Source: Octopus vulgaris (taxonomy: Eukaryota). Taken from it: a stretch of 64,000 nucleotides of DNA. Numbering within the stretch: position 1 is the first letter of the stretch; the number at the start of each line of letters is the position of its first letter. The stretch lies in the NCBI GenBank assembly GCA_951406725.2, contig OX597818.1, forward strand, positions 43,400,001 through 43,464,000. Direction: 5' to 3'. The notes under the pieces were generated by a model that was not told where the DNA came from, did not search any database, and worked only from the letters and a program-made list of their open reading frames with translations. This document shows positions 52,150 through 64,000 of this stretch, in pieces. Position numbers and translations under genes: made by a program.

Positions 52150-52558
52150 GGCACTGGTATCACAGCTACAATTGTTGTGAATAAGCTTCTGAAGGAATTC
52201 CAAGCTGACCAAGCATTTTAGAGTGAAATATATATTTGGAGAGATTAAGACAAACATAAAATTATAGAAAAGATTGCTATCCATTATCATTATAAAACAG
52301 CTCAAAACAAAGATTAAATTTCACATAACACAACTAGAATCAATGCACAGGAACTGAAGAAGTAGTTGATCGTTTGTAATTAAGAAATATTAAATGAAAA
52401 AAAACAAAACAAACAAACAAAAGGGAATGCAGTGTAAATAATGGACAGAGTCAAGACTATTGAAAAGGTTGCAAGACACAACGACAATTTTAGGAAAATA
52501 AGAAAGAAGTGGCAATTTTACTGGTGAGTGTGTTAAATTATAAGGACAACAAGGAAGA

Positions 52559-53301
52559 TATTTCTTAATTAACCTATAAAGGTTTTACATAGAGGGGACA
52601 TTACAAGGACAGACAAGGGACATTCAGGGTACAAACTCGCTTCTTACATACAGTGTGAAAAATTGGATGGATTTACATATATTGTGAATGAGGGTTAAAA
52701 ATATAAATATAAATGATGATCGGATGAGTTTTGGGTCCGGATTAGTGAGTTAACCCGCCGGTTGGTTATCCCTTTTTGGTAATCTTTTTCCTTCCTTTTA
52801 TGCCCCGACCGACCGTGCAAGCACAGCCGCGTGCATTCTCATCTTTCTTACCACTGTCCTCCATCTTTTTCCAAACGCTCTTTGCGGCAGCCTCCTCCTC
52901 TCCAGACGGATCTTGCTGGACAGATGGGCAGCGAAGTAATTCACCAGCCCACGTCCGGAGAGGAATTGACCTGTCGCAATCCCTTTTGCTCGCGTCTTCC
53001 ATACCACATCTTTCAGTATGGTTACTACGCAGAGAAAAGCTACCTTCTTTTCTTTGGCGAAAGAGGAAGGTGGTACAATCTTTATCATGGACTCAGACGA
53101 GAGTCGTACTCGCTCCGCATCCGACAACAGCTGTTCGGCAAAGGCCATCAACTCCCTCAACTCGTCACAGTGTACGAAGGCGTGCGTAACCGTTTCACAG
53201 GCATGCCCGCACCTCGGACACGTGGGGGAAATGTCAGTACCATGCCTTGACAACCTTTCTCGAACCGGTAAAGCCGATCGGTAGCACAGCCAGGTCAAAG
53301 A
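52559..53301 (-). mobile_element. Tx1/L1-clade LINE 3' fragment (zinc-knuckle C-terminus + 3' UTR)
   Basis: ORF 52798-53349 contains W....ALPVRERL....CPRCG...ETVTHAFVHC...VWKTR (zf-RVT-type CCHC region). Uninterrupted and CpG-rich. Confidence 0.85.
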
Positions 53302-53553
53302 CACAACAGAATATGCTTCAACACACGAACTCACATAAAGAACCTGCAAGCCAAATCCAAAAACAAAATATTAAATGAGTTTTTGGAATTTAAATATGTC
53401 AACATGCTAACAGAAAAGCTTTCATTTTTCTGACTTAAAACAATGAATTTAGTATTTTAATTACTTTCAGAGCCAAAATCAATAACTAAATGAAAATAGA
53501 TCAATATGATTAATTAAGTTTTTCATACTAACTTGAAAAAAAAAGATACTTAC

Positions 53554-53736
53554 CTTTCCTTTTTGAAATTTTATCTTGTTTGTCTTCGATTCAAGCAAAT
53601 CTATAGATTTGGTTCTTCCAAGATCTCCATATAACACTATTTTAACTTGAGCTCTGGTGCTAGCACCTAATTCATTACCAGTTTTTACCACAATTTTATA
53701 ATTAGTGACTGAGCCAGATGTTATTTCATTGTTAAC
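53554..53736 (-). CDS. PLAT/LH2 domain exon a
   Basis: aaag| ... AAG|gtaagt. Encodes VNNEITSGSVTNYKIVVKTGNELGASTRAQVKIVLYGDLGRTKSIDLLESKTNKIKFQKGK, matching the PLAT consensus YxVxVxTG...GAxTxAxVxIxLYG. Confidence 0.92.
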
Positions 53737-54013
53737 CTTTGATAGAAACAAAAACAATAAAACATAACTGTCACACATAATAAATGGATATGGCTTTTTT
53801 CATGCATTATAAATGAGCAGCTAAAGTGCTGTGCGGATCATAATTATTATGATTAGTAGGATATCTGTGAAAACAAAGCAGCTATAAACTGACTTCAAAA
53901 GAACTGCATCTCAACAAGCACAACAGAAGCAAGCACAGAGCTTATGTATCCTTCTTTTCATTTATATCACACATTTGAAAGGTGGTGAGCTGGTAGAAGC
54001 ATTAGCATGCCAG

Positions 54014-54615
54014 ACGGCTATCTATCTGAGGCTTTATATAGCTATGGTGTGGCCTCACCTGGAATTTGCATCACCAGTCTGGAACCCCTATCTTGCCCAG
54101 GTTATTAATCATTCAGAAACCGTTCAGCAATGTGCAACCAAGAGAATACCCTCCATCAGGCATTTGCCATATTCTGAATGCCTTACTTCCCTGGGCATGC
54201 ATACATTGAAACTCCAACGTCTGGCATAAAATTATTAACCATCTTACCAACAATAACTCTGAGCACCTGTCTAACACCCATGGACATGTTTACAAAGTCA
54301 GAAAACACCACAGCTCCCTTGACTTTCGGAAACATTTTTTCATGCTAACAGTTGCTGAAGCATGGAACAGTCTGCCGGCATCAGTTGTTAGTTGTCGGAG
54401 CACTGCATCCTTCAAAACTTCCATGCTTCCTGAGATTCACCAACACTACACCTGATTTTCTCTCCTCCATACACACACAAGCATGTATCTGATTCATACA
54501 CTGATCACTTCCTAGTCATTTGTGCATTACTGCATATACTTTATATGCACTTTTGACAAATTGTGGTGCACCTGAGCACTGTATACAATAATTTCATCAT
54601 TATGATTATTATTAT
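54014..54615 (+). mobile_element. CR1-clade LINE 3' fragment nested in a Meta-type SINE
   Basis: Encodes LYIAMVWPHLEFASPVWNPY...ETVQQCATKRIP...LPYSECL. The SINE head at about 53977-54013 resumes at about 54762. Confidence 0.8.
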
Positions 54616-54719
54616 TATTCAGTAGTTTTATTTTTATAGCGTACTTTCACTTCACTACCGAGCGCAGCTCTGTGTGCCTTAGGTATGTGCTGTGATTTGT
54701 TGTGATGCTCTGATGGTTA

Positions 54720-54760
<41 letters not shown>

Positions 54761-55216
54761 CAAATGCTTAGTAGCATTTCATTCATCTTTATGTTCTGAG
54801 GTCAAATAAAGACAGGGTCTACTTTGCCTTTCACCCCTTTCTGGGTCAATAAAATAAGTACCAGTAGAACGTTGGGGTTGATATAATTGATTTATTCGCT
54901 CCCCATGAAATTGCTGGCCTTGAGGCCACAATTTGAAACCTAAATTTCACATTTGTTTTTATTCATTTTAATAAATATAACTTGTGCAGGTATTGTTGTG
55001 TGATTAAGAAGTTTGCTTCCTGACCATGAAGTTTTCAGGTTCAGTCCCACTACATGACATCTTGAGAAAGCGTTTTCTGCTATAGCCCCAAAGCAGACCA
55101 AAGCCTTGTGAATGGATTTGGTAATCAGAAACTGGAAGAAACACATTTTGTGTGTGTGTGTGTGTGCACATTCATGCAGGTGTATTTCTGTCTCCTTGTC
55201 TTGACATCACATTATA

Positions 55217-55782
55217 TTGGGTTGTCTGGAAAGTTCATACCAATTTTTAAAGGAAAGAAAAATGTCAATAAATACTTGCCATTACATTTTTAATCAACTA
55301 CATATGAACCATTTTGTTGCACAATGTGTCTCCATCTTTCCTTTCACTTGAAAATACCCTCTTCCTAGAATTGAGGCGGTGTCATGGCAAAGAATTCATT
55401 AGGGTATCTTTTTACATCATCCAAGGAATTGAAATTTTTACCATTAAGACTATTCTGCAGAGACCTGAATAAGTGGAAATCTGAAGGAGCAATATCTGGT
55501 GAATATGGAGGGTGGGGTAACACATCCCAGCCGAGCTGCAGCAATTTTTGTCTGGTTCCCAAAGCATCAAGTGCCGAAAATGTACTTTCTTATCTTCCAT
55601 TTTAAAGGGTTACAGAATTAATACAGGTTATAGGAACATAAACCTTCTTTCACGAAAAGATAGCTTGAACTGTGCTCTAAATGGAGGTGTAATCAAATCC
55701 TATTTTATGGACTCTACCATGTTTTAAAATAAGTCGAAAGGTAAGCTACTATAAATTGGCATGAACTTTCTGGACAACCTAA
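55217..55782 (-). mobile_element. Internally deleted mariner (566 bp)
   Basis: Same TIRs as 16232-17491, TA TSDs. N-terminal MEDKKVHFRHLMLW is fused to C-terminal QKLLQLGWDVLPHPPYSPDIAPSDFHLF. Confidence 0.9.
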
Positions 55783-56002
55783 TAGTTATAAGCAAGTGTC
55801 AACATCATAAACTCATTTCTGGTCTTCCACAAAAACATGTTCAACCAAGGAGAAATATTACCTTACTTGGAAATAAGTGAGGGTTAGCAACAAGAGAAGT
55901 ATCCACCCATAATAAATCTACATTGACAAAGTTAATGCAAGCCTAGTAAACTGAACATTGAAATGATGATGACAATGAACTTGATTACGAAAACGACTTA
56001 AC

Positions 56003-56327
56003 TGCTTGTTGATGAATATTCTGATCGACAGACTCTGTGAAATCAGTTTGGGTGGAATTTTCAACCAAAACATCGTATGGTTCTGGCAGTATATTATTGA
56101 TCTGAGGAGGTGGCAATCCATCAGATGTCTTCTTCTTGAAAGTAGAGACTGTTATCTCAGTGTGCAGCTTTATGTGTTTCTCAGTAAGGATCCTAGGTGT
56201 TGCAGCAGTAACTATCTCGTCCTCATGATTAAAGTCTGCACCTGAACAGGATCTTCCTCTTTCTGAGACAGGACTGTCAGAGTTGCGATTACATTCAGCA
56301 TCATTGTCTGACTGCTGAGTTAAATCT
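56003..56327 (-). CDS. PLAT-domain gene exon (disordered region DLTQQSDNDAEC...NIHQQA)
   Basis: Within ORF 55985-56434. ctttctag| phase-2 acceptor. Donor GCA|gttaag gives the phase 0 needed by the next exon; this donor is less certain. Confidence 0.7.
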
Positions 56328-57196
56328 CTAGAAAGTGGTGATATGAAAAGACATAAGAGATAATACAAAGAAAATTCCTTTTTTTTTAAAATAAAACAAA
56401 ATTTTTTACCTAGTAAATTGATTATCATCACCAACCACCAACATCACCACCGCTAGGGCTAATAACAACATAGACAAACAAGGGAGTTAAGCCAACATCA
56501 TCATCATCGTTTAACGTCTGCTTTCCATGCTAGCATGGGTTGGACGAATGACTGAGGGCTGGCAAACCAGATGGCTGCACAAGGCTTCAATCTTGATCTG
56601 GCAGAGTTTCTACAGCTGGATGCCCTTCCTAACGCCAACCACTCTGAGAATGTAGTGGGCCAGTCAGGCGGTACTGGCAACGACCTCGCTTGAATCTTTT
56701 ACACATGCCACTGGCACAGGTGCCAGTAAGGTGATGCTGGTAACGATCAAGCTCGAATGGTGTCTTTTACGTGCCACCGGCATGGAAGCCAGTTAGCCGC
56801 TCTGTCAATGATCACACTCGTATGGTGCACTTTGCACCCCGCTAGCACAGACGCCAGTCATTGGATTTCATAAACCCATGTAGGAGTTTCTATGCAGATA
56901 TTCAGCCTGCTAAAATTAGGAGCCAGGTCTCCTTAAAATTACACCTTTTTGTAATAAAAAAAAAAATGACACATCGAATAATGTGCTAAATACATTATTA
57001 TCCTCAATGCAGTTCCTTCACCCAACCTGGATCCTTTGCCTGTTTCTGATCCCATTGCAATGTCTGTCCCATGGTTATCAAAAGACATAAATATCATCAC
57101 TGCAGATGATCCTAGATTGCCTTTCCACGTCACAGACTACTTTATCAGTATCTTCAAACCTGTCATCTACTGTATCAAATGTCAACTCAATGGAAC

Positions 57197-57543
57197 CTGG
57201 TTGGAAGTTGGTTAGTTGGTTGGTTGGTTGGTTGATTGGTTGGTTGGCTGGTTGGTTGGTTGGTTAGTTGGTTAGTTGGTTGGTTGGTTGGTTGGTTAGT
57301 TGGTTGGTTGGCTGGCTGGTTGGTCGGTCGATTGGTTGGTTGGTCAGTTGGTTGGTTGGTTGGTTGGTTACTTGATTGGTTGATTAGTTGATTGGTTGGT
57401 CAGTCAGTTGGTTGGTTGGTAGGTTGATTGGTTGGTTGGCTGGTCGGTCGGTCGGTCGGTTGGTTGGTTGGTTGGTTGGTTGGTTGGTTGGTAAGTTAGT
57501 TGGTTGGTTGGTTGATTAGTTGGTTGGTTGGTTGGTTGGTTGT
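57197..57543. repeat. (TTGG)n tetranucleotide microsatellite, degenerate
   Basis: Direct inspection. Confidence 0.95.
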
Positions 57544-58134
57544 TCTAAGCACATTTGTTAGATGTCTGGCACAACAACACCAAGTCATTCAGGCTTGTAT
57601 TCTGCAATTTCAGTTCTGAGGCCTCTCTCATCTGACCCACTGTTTACAAGTTTGTACAACAATGTGGAGCTCTTAATTCTAGACTTTATAGGCAAAATCT
57701 TCCAAAATGTTTAGTCCAGTATCAATAACTGATTTATTTTCCTCTAAACCCCTTCCCATACATATACTGATAAACAACTCAAATATGCTCCTCACATCAC
57801 CCATTTTCTATCCAAGCACTTACAGATACTTCAACAATGATCCAGCCAGACAGTCACCACACATGTCCACAAGCACACAATAGACTTTGTTCATACAACC
57901 CATGAAGTATCATGCCTTATTCACATCACCAATACATTTTTTCTCTCCATTGCATACAAACATTTGTACACAACTTTGGCCAGACAATTGATTCCTATAA
58001 TCTCGCTGTCACTCACACACAATGAAACATATTTCACAACATTGTTCCCATACTTTATTTCCCTTAGCATAGATTTGCTCTTCTCTGCTGGAAATAACAA
58101 ATTCAACTTATTTCCTATCTACCATCTTAGCATG

Positions 58135-58561
<427 letters not shown>

Positions 58562-60384
58562 GTTTAATGTCTGCTTTCCATGCTGGCATGGGTTGAATGG
58601 TTTGACTGAGGTCTGGCGAGCCAGATGGCTGCACCAGGCTCCAATCTGATCTGGCAGAGTTTCTACAGATGGATGCCCTTCCTAATGCCAACCACTTCAA
58701 GAGTGTAGTGGGTGCTTTTATGTGCCATCGGCACGAGAGCCAGTCAAGCAGTACCGGCAATGGCCACGCTCAAATGGTGTTTCTTACGTGCTACATGCAC
58801 AGGACCCAGTCCAGCAGCACTGGCAACGACCTCACTCGAATGTTGATTTTTCACATGAAAATCCCACACATACTTTTTTCCTCCCATTTTCTCTTCTTTC
58901 TTTTCTCCTTCAACATTATCAGTATCCTTTTCTTTATTTTCCTATTCTTTCCATCAAATTTTTATATATTGTCTTTGTATTCTTGTTCCTTGTTTTTGTT
59001 GCTTTTACCCCCTTTTTTAATTAAATACCCTTTAGTATCCAGATTATTGTGTCAAATGCAATGCTTATTGATTCTCATTGATTAGAATAAATAATGCATT
59101 TTCAAGTAGCTTTAAGATTTCAAAGATGTGATTATTTATTTTGAGAATGGCATTGTAGGGTAGCTGTGAGAGGCTGAATATGTCCAGTTTGAACATAAAA
59201 CAAGTAACATATTTTGGCTTGATATGGTTCAGTTTAAGTGCAATACATTTACTGTACTGATACAGACTAAATCTAGATTACAGTTGGTAGATTTATTATA
59301 CATTTTAAATGATTTACTGGATCATAATATATTAAATAATACAAGAAATATTCAAAAACAGTTTATTGATTATAAAGGCTTGTACTGAGGGAAGTTGAGT
59401 GTTGTATCATTTATATTATCACTAGATTAATAACAATTTTTACTTTACAGGTAAAAATTGAATGAGTAAGCAGGTCCACCATAACTCACCCAGTAGGGAT
59501 AGAAAATGGCATGAAGGCAACTATTATGAGTATTTGATTTATAGCCAATGAAAATGGATGAATTGTATGGATGATCCAAACACCGCCTGTCCTTATGTCA
59601 ATCTTGATACATGGATACACTCTTGTATACACACACGCACACACACACACACACACATCCTGCCTCCTCCTCCTCCTCCTCTTCCTTTCTCAACTCCCTC
59701 CTATAGAATTGCATGTATGTATGCATATATAATATGGCTCTCAGCAAGAACACGGAATATATGTGCCAAGCTTTCCTCTCCTCAGATTCAGATTGACCTT
59801 TGTCAAAATCTCTGATTGTGGTGCCACTTTAGATATCATGTTCTCTCAAGCTTAAAGACATACACACTCACATACACACTCACATAAACGCACGCACACA
59901 CACACTCACACACACATACACATCCTGCCTCCTTCTCCTCCTCCTCCTCCTTTCTCAACTCCCTCCTATAGAACTGCATTCCCAACTGGCCCCTAACCTC
60001 ATCACTGTTGATTTTTTCCTCCAACGACTTTTCCCCTTTCACTTTCCTCCTTTACTTCCCTTCTATATTTTTCTTCAGATGAAGGACTAATGCCCAAAAC
60101 ATCAAGACTCTTTCTCTTTCTTTTAAGCATTAATCTAATACAACATTTGTTAAAATTTGTCTCTCCTGTGTTGTCTTCTTTCATTTTGTGTTCTTTGCCT
60201 TCATAGATTCAGTTGACTTTCTTAAAACCTTAAAAACTTAAAAACTTAAAAAATTCATTATCCAATCCAATGAGACACATTTTCATCATTATTTGCTCAT
60301 GTCACAGTGACATAAGCAAACTCATCTTAATCAAACATCCTCTGTTGTAATATAAACATAAATATAAATAAGTATGACACCTAC

Positions 60385-60452
60385 ATGTTTTCTCTTTGTT
60401 CAGTTGACTCATATTCTTTTTCAGAATAGCTTTCTTCCTCTCCACTGGAATC
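60385..60452 (-). CDS. PLAT-domain gene exon (DSSGEEESYSEKEYESTEQREN)
   Basis: aacag| ... AT|gtaggt. Phase 0->2, matching the phase-2 acceptor at 56327. Confidence 0.62.
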
Positions 60453-60545
60453 CTGTTCAACAGAAATTGTATATTCATGTTTCACAAACATAAATTAAAT
60501 TGCAAGCTTTTTTTCTTTTCAATATATAAATATATAATAGGCGTT

Positions 60546-60704
60546 GGAGTGGCTGTGTGGTAAGTAGCTTGCTTACCAACCACATGGTTCTGGGTTCAGT
60601 CTCACTGCGTGGCACCTTGGGCAAGTGTCTTCTACTATAGCCTCGGGCCGACCAAAGCCTTGTGAGTGGATACGGTTGACGGAAACTGAAAGAAGCCTGT
60701 CATA

Positions 60705-60735
<31 letters not shown>

Positions 60736-61326
60736 TTGTTCCTCCAACATCGCTTGACAACCGAAGTTGGTGTGTTTACATCCCCGTAACTTAGCAGTTC
60801 GGCAAAAGAGACCGATAGAATAAGTACTAGGCTTACAAACAATAAGTCCTGGGATCGATTTGCTCAACTAAAGGTGTCAGTCAGGCAGCACTGGCATCGA
60901 CGACACTTGGATATCTCTTTTCTCTCTTTTACTTGTTTCAGTCATTTGACTGCAGCCATGCTGGAGCACCACTTTTAGTCGAGCAAATCAACTCCAGGAC
61001 TTATTCTTTGTAAACCTAGTACTTATTTTATTGGTCTCTTTTTGCCAAACCGATAAGTTACAGGGATGTAAACACACCAACTTCGGTTGTCAAGCGATGT
61101 TGGGGGGGGGACAAACACAGACACACAAACATATACACACACACGTACATATATATAAATATATATATACGACGGGCTTCTTTCAGTTTCTGTCTACCAA
61201 ATCCACTCACAAGGCTTTGGGTGGCCCGAGGCTATAGTAGAAGACACTTGCCCAAGGTGCCACGCAGTGGGACTGAACCCGGAACCATGTGGTTGGTAAG
61301 CAAGCTACTTACCACACAGCCACTCC
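60546..61326. mobile_element. Inverted (tail-to-tail) pair of family-A SINEs
   Basis: 60546-60876 (+) and about 60915-61326 (-) are reverse-complement copies. Confidence 0.9.
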
Positions 61327-61360
61327 TACACTCCTAGATATATTGAAACTTTATACATAC

Positions 61361-61411
61361 CTCATAAAAATGTTGCATTCTTTGATGTATATTCAGCAAA
61401 TTACTATTTTT
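61361..61411 (-). CDS. PLAT-domain gene exon (KNSNLLNIHQRMQHFYE)
   Basis: ttttcag| ... GAG|gtatgt, 51 nt, phase 0-0. Confidence 0.65.
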
Positions 61412-62840
61412 CTGAAAACAATCATGAAAAAAAAACTACAATTTTGAAGTAAATACGTGTTAGAAGCAAATAAGTATTAGGCATACACAAGATTAAACAA
61501 AAATAACACAGAAGATGTAAGTCAAAAAAGTAAATGATCAATTAATAAAAAGAAGACAAATATCAAAGAAGAAATAGGAAGATAATAGACTTAAAATGCA
61601 AACAAAGAAACTGAGTGAAGAAACAAATTGGTTTAAAAAACAGTTGAAAACAGAAGAAATGAAAAGTAACCATGGTGAGCATTAGACGATTAGAGAACAA
61701 CAAATTTCTTGGATAAACATTCCATTATTTATATAAGAGTTTTAGTGCCAACACTAGAACTAAATTCTTAAATAATGCAATTTTAACATTAACTGTAACT
61801 CATCAACATGCTTTATGTAATTCCAAAACCCATGAGACATGTGGTGAAGCAACAACAGCCACTCTTCAATTTGAGCCAATGAGGGAGTCTCTATACATAG
61901 TTGCTTGACTTGCTAGAAGCAGCAATCCTCCCTCAAATATCATATCTTAGGAAGGGGTATATTGGATGTTTTTTATATGTAAAAGGTCATAATTGGAATG
62001 CTTTTGATCATAAACCTGCTCAGTTAGGGCTGACCTATGGTTAAACAATGAAAACTCCTCTACTCGTTATCTATATTGTATCCCATTCTGCAAACCCAGC
62101 GTTAACCATTTTGATCAATCATTCCTCCTCAGAATTTCAGTCTTCTGGAACTGCCCTTTTACCAATGTTTCCCCGACTGGCATCAGTCTACAGAATTTCA
62201 AACTGAATGTCAATTACATTGACCTTATCAGTTTAAAAGGGGCTGTAAAGTTTATGCCTGTTTCTCTTCATCTTTGAACTATAAAATAAAACAATGCTAA
62301 ACAGCTCTATTTGACCAACATATGGCACAGATTCAAATATTTGGTGGGGTGACCAACAAGCTCAGTGCTGGATGTCAAGGACAATCGTATTTTTGGACAG
62401 CTGCCAACAGATAATTGCACTTTGACAATTATTAATCATTCATTATCATCATCATCATCATCATCACCACCGCCACCACCACTGCCACCACCACCGCCTC
62501 CACCATCATCATCATTTAACATCAATGTTCTATGCTGACATGGGTTGGATGGTTTGACAGGATCAGATGGGTCCAAGAACTGCAACATGCTCCAGTGTCT
62601 GCTTCAGCATATTTTTCTATGGATGGATGCCCTTCCTAATGCCAACCACTTTACAGTATGAACTGGGTGCTTTTCTTGCACCACCAGCACTACTGAGCTC
62701 ACCATGTAGCTTGCAAGATTACAAACCTTGAGTGGGTGGGGATCATATTTATATTAATGGACAAGGCATTAAAATATGTAAAGAGTGCAGAGACAAAGCA
62801 AGTTCTTGCAGAAGAGTTACATAGTTACTCATATTTAGTA

Positions 62841-63115
62841 GTGGAGGTGCATGGCTTAGTAGTTAGGGTGTCAGCATCATGATCGTAAGATTGTGGTTTC
62901 GATTCCTGGACTGGGCGACACGTTGTGTTCTTGAGCAAAACACTTCATTTCATGTTGCTCCAGTCCACTCAGTTAGCAAAAATGAGTAACACTGCGATGG
63001 ACTGGCATCCCGTCCAGCTGGGGAACACATACGCCATTGAAACTGGGAAACCGGGCCCATGAAGCTGGCTAGGCTTTATAAGGGTGCATTTATTAAGTGG
63101 AGGCGCATGGCTTAG
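62841..63115 (+). mobile_element. V-domain-like tRNA SINE
   Basis: GTGGAGGTGCATGGCTTAGTAGTTAGGG head, GGTTTCGATTCC B box, CTGCGATGGACTGGCATCCCGTCCAG core. The head is repeated at 63097-63115. Confidence 0.75.
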
Positions 63116-63210
63116 GAAAATGTCCACAGTGATTGGAGTAAAGGTAAATAAAGCTAATTCACTCAGCTTTTCAGAACAAAGATAGGAAGTGAAACCAACT
63201 GACCACTTAC

Positions 63211-63276
63211 CTTTTGAATACGCGGCAACAGTTTATGTCTGTTTGCTTGCTGAAGACCAGAACCATCATAACAACC
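63211..63276 (-). CDS. PLAT-domain gene, first visible exon (GCYDGSGLQQANRHKLLPRIQK)
   Basis: tttttgtctag| ... AAG|gtaagt, 66 nt, open frame, phase 0-0. Assigned to this gene by strand and phase only. Confidence 0.65.
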
Positions 63277-63729
63277 CTAGACAAAAATAAAACAGAATAA
63301 TTCAATAAAAAAAAAACAAATCACTTTTTCATATTATTATCACTATTGTTGGTGTTAAGGTGGCAAACTGGCTGAATTGTCAGCACACCAATCAATATGC
63401 TTAGCAGTATTTTGACTGTCACTATGTTCTGGGTTCAAATTCCACTTAAGTTGACTTCGTCTTCCGTCTTTTCAGGGTTGGTAAATTAAGTACCAGTTAA
63501 ACACTTGGATTGATGTAATCAACTAGTCCCCACCCCACAAATTTCAGGCCTTGTGCCTCTAGTCATCATCATCATCTTTTGATGTCTGCCTTCCATGCTG
63601 GCATGGGTTGGACGGTTTGACTGAGGACTGGCAAGCCAGGAGGCTGCACCAGGCTCCAATCTGATCTGGCAAGGTTTCTACAGCTGGATGCCCTTCCTAA
63701 TGCCAACCACTCCGAGTGTGTAGTGGGTG

Positions 63730-63965
63730 CTGGTTGTTGTTGTTGATGATGATGATGATGATGATGATGGTGGTGGTGATGATGATTGATGGTGGTGGTG
63801 GTGGTGGTGGTGGTTGTGGTGATGGTGATGATGATGATGACAATGATGATGATGATTGATGGTGGTGGTGATGGTGGTGGTGGTGGTGATGATGATGATG
63901 ATGATGAGGAGGAGGAGGATGGTGATGAAGGTGATGATGACTATGATGATGGCTGTGGTAATGAT
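63730..63965. repeat. Compound (GAT/GGT/GTT)n microsatellite
   Basis: Direct inspection. Explains the His/Asp/Val-rich ORFs. Confidence 0.9.
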
Positions 63966-64000
63966 GTCTGTTGATTGTGAGTAATGCTGTTGCATTCACC

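Noticed and set aside
51145-52221. Long overlapping ORFs (up to 288 aa) and a CRISPR-like appearance
   Set aside because: The 62-bp tandem unit is stop-free and read in rotating frames. There are no unique spacers or cas genes, and the context is a eukaryotic intron.
60002-60230. Possible extra exon of the PLAT gene (MKEDNTGET...)
   Set aside because: There is an in-frame stop just upstream and no phase-compatible acceptor. The flanking exons already join in phase.
63678-63999. His/Pro/Ser-rich ORFs
   Set aside because: Compound microsatellite inside a repeat.

Overview
AT-rich, intron-rich animal genomic DNA. The tRNA-headed SINEs, ATG-tailed LINE ends and abundant microsatellites fit an octopus/coleoid cephalopod (inference). 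Two minus-strand protein-coding genes were assembled by hand with GT-AG junctions and matching intron phases. (1) A complete 4-exon SPSB3 orthologue (20650->6666, 435 aa; SPRY + SOCS box). (2) The 3' part of a PLAT/LH2-domain gene (9 exons, 63276->41312, about 450 aa visible; 5' end outside the window). The most striking non-coding signal is a long, phased heat-shock-element array (21431-21520). It is followed by a TATA-like box, an Inr and an ATG, and it points away from SPSB3 toward no recognisable gene. The rest is largely transposon-derived: mariner and Tc1 relics, piggyBac-type MITEs, a TTAGGG-carrying MITE, a Helitron, a solo LTR, and RTE, CR1 and Tx1/L1 LINE pieces. Other notable items are a SINE family whose 3' tail matches the Tx1/L1 LINE, dimeric SINEs, a 62-bp minisatellite, a (CAT)/(GAT) palindrome and an intron filled by an inverted SINE pair. 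No database searches were run. Repeat family names are by recognition and most repeat boundaries are approximate.
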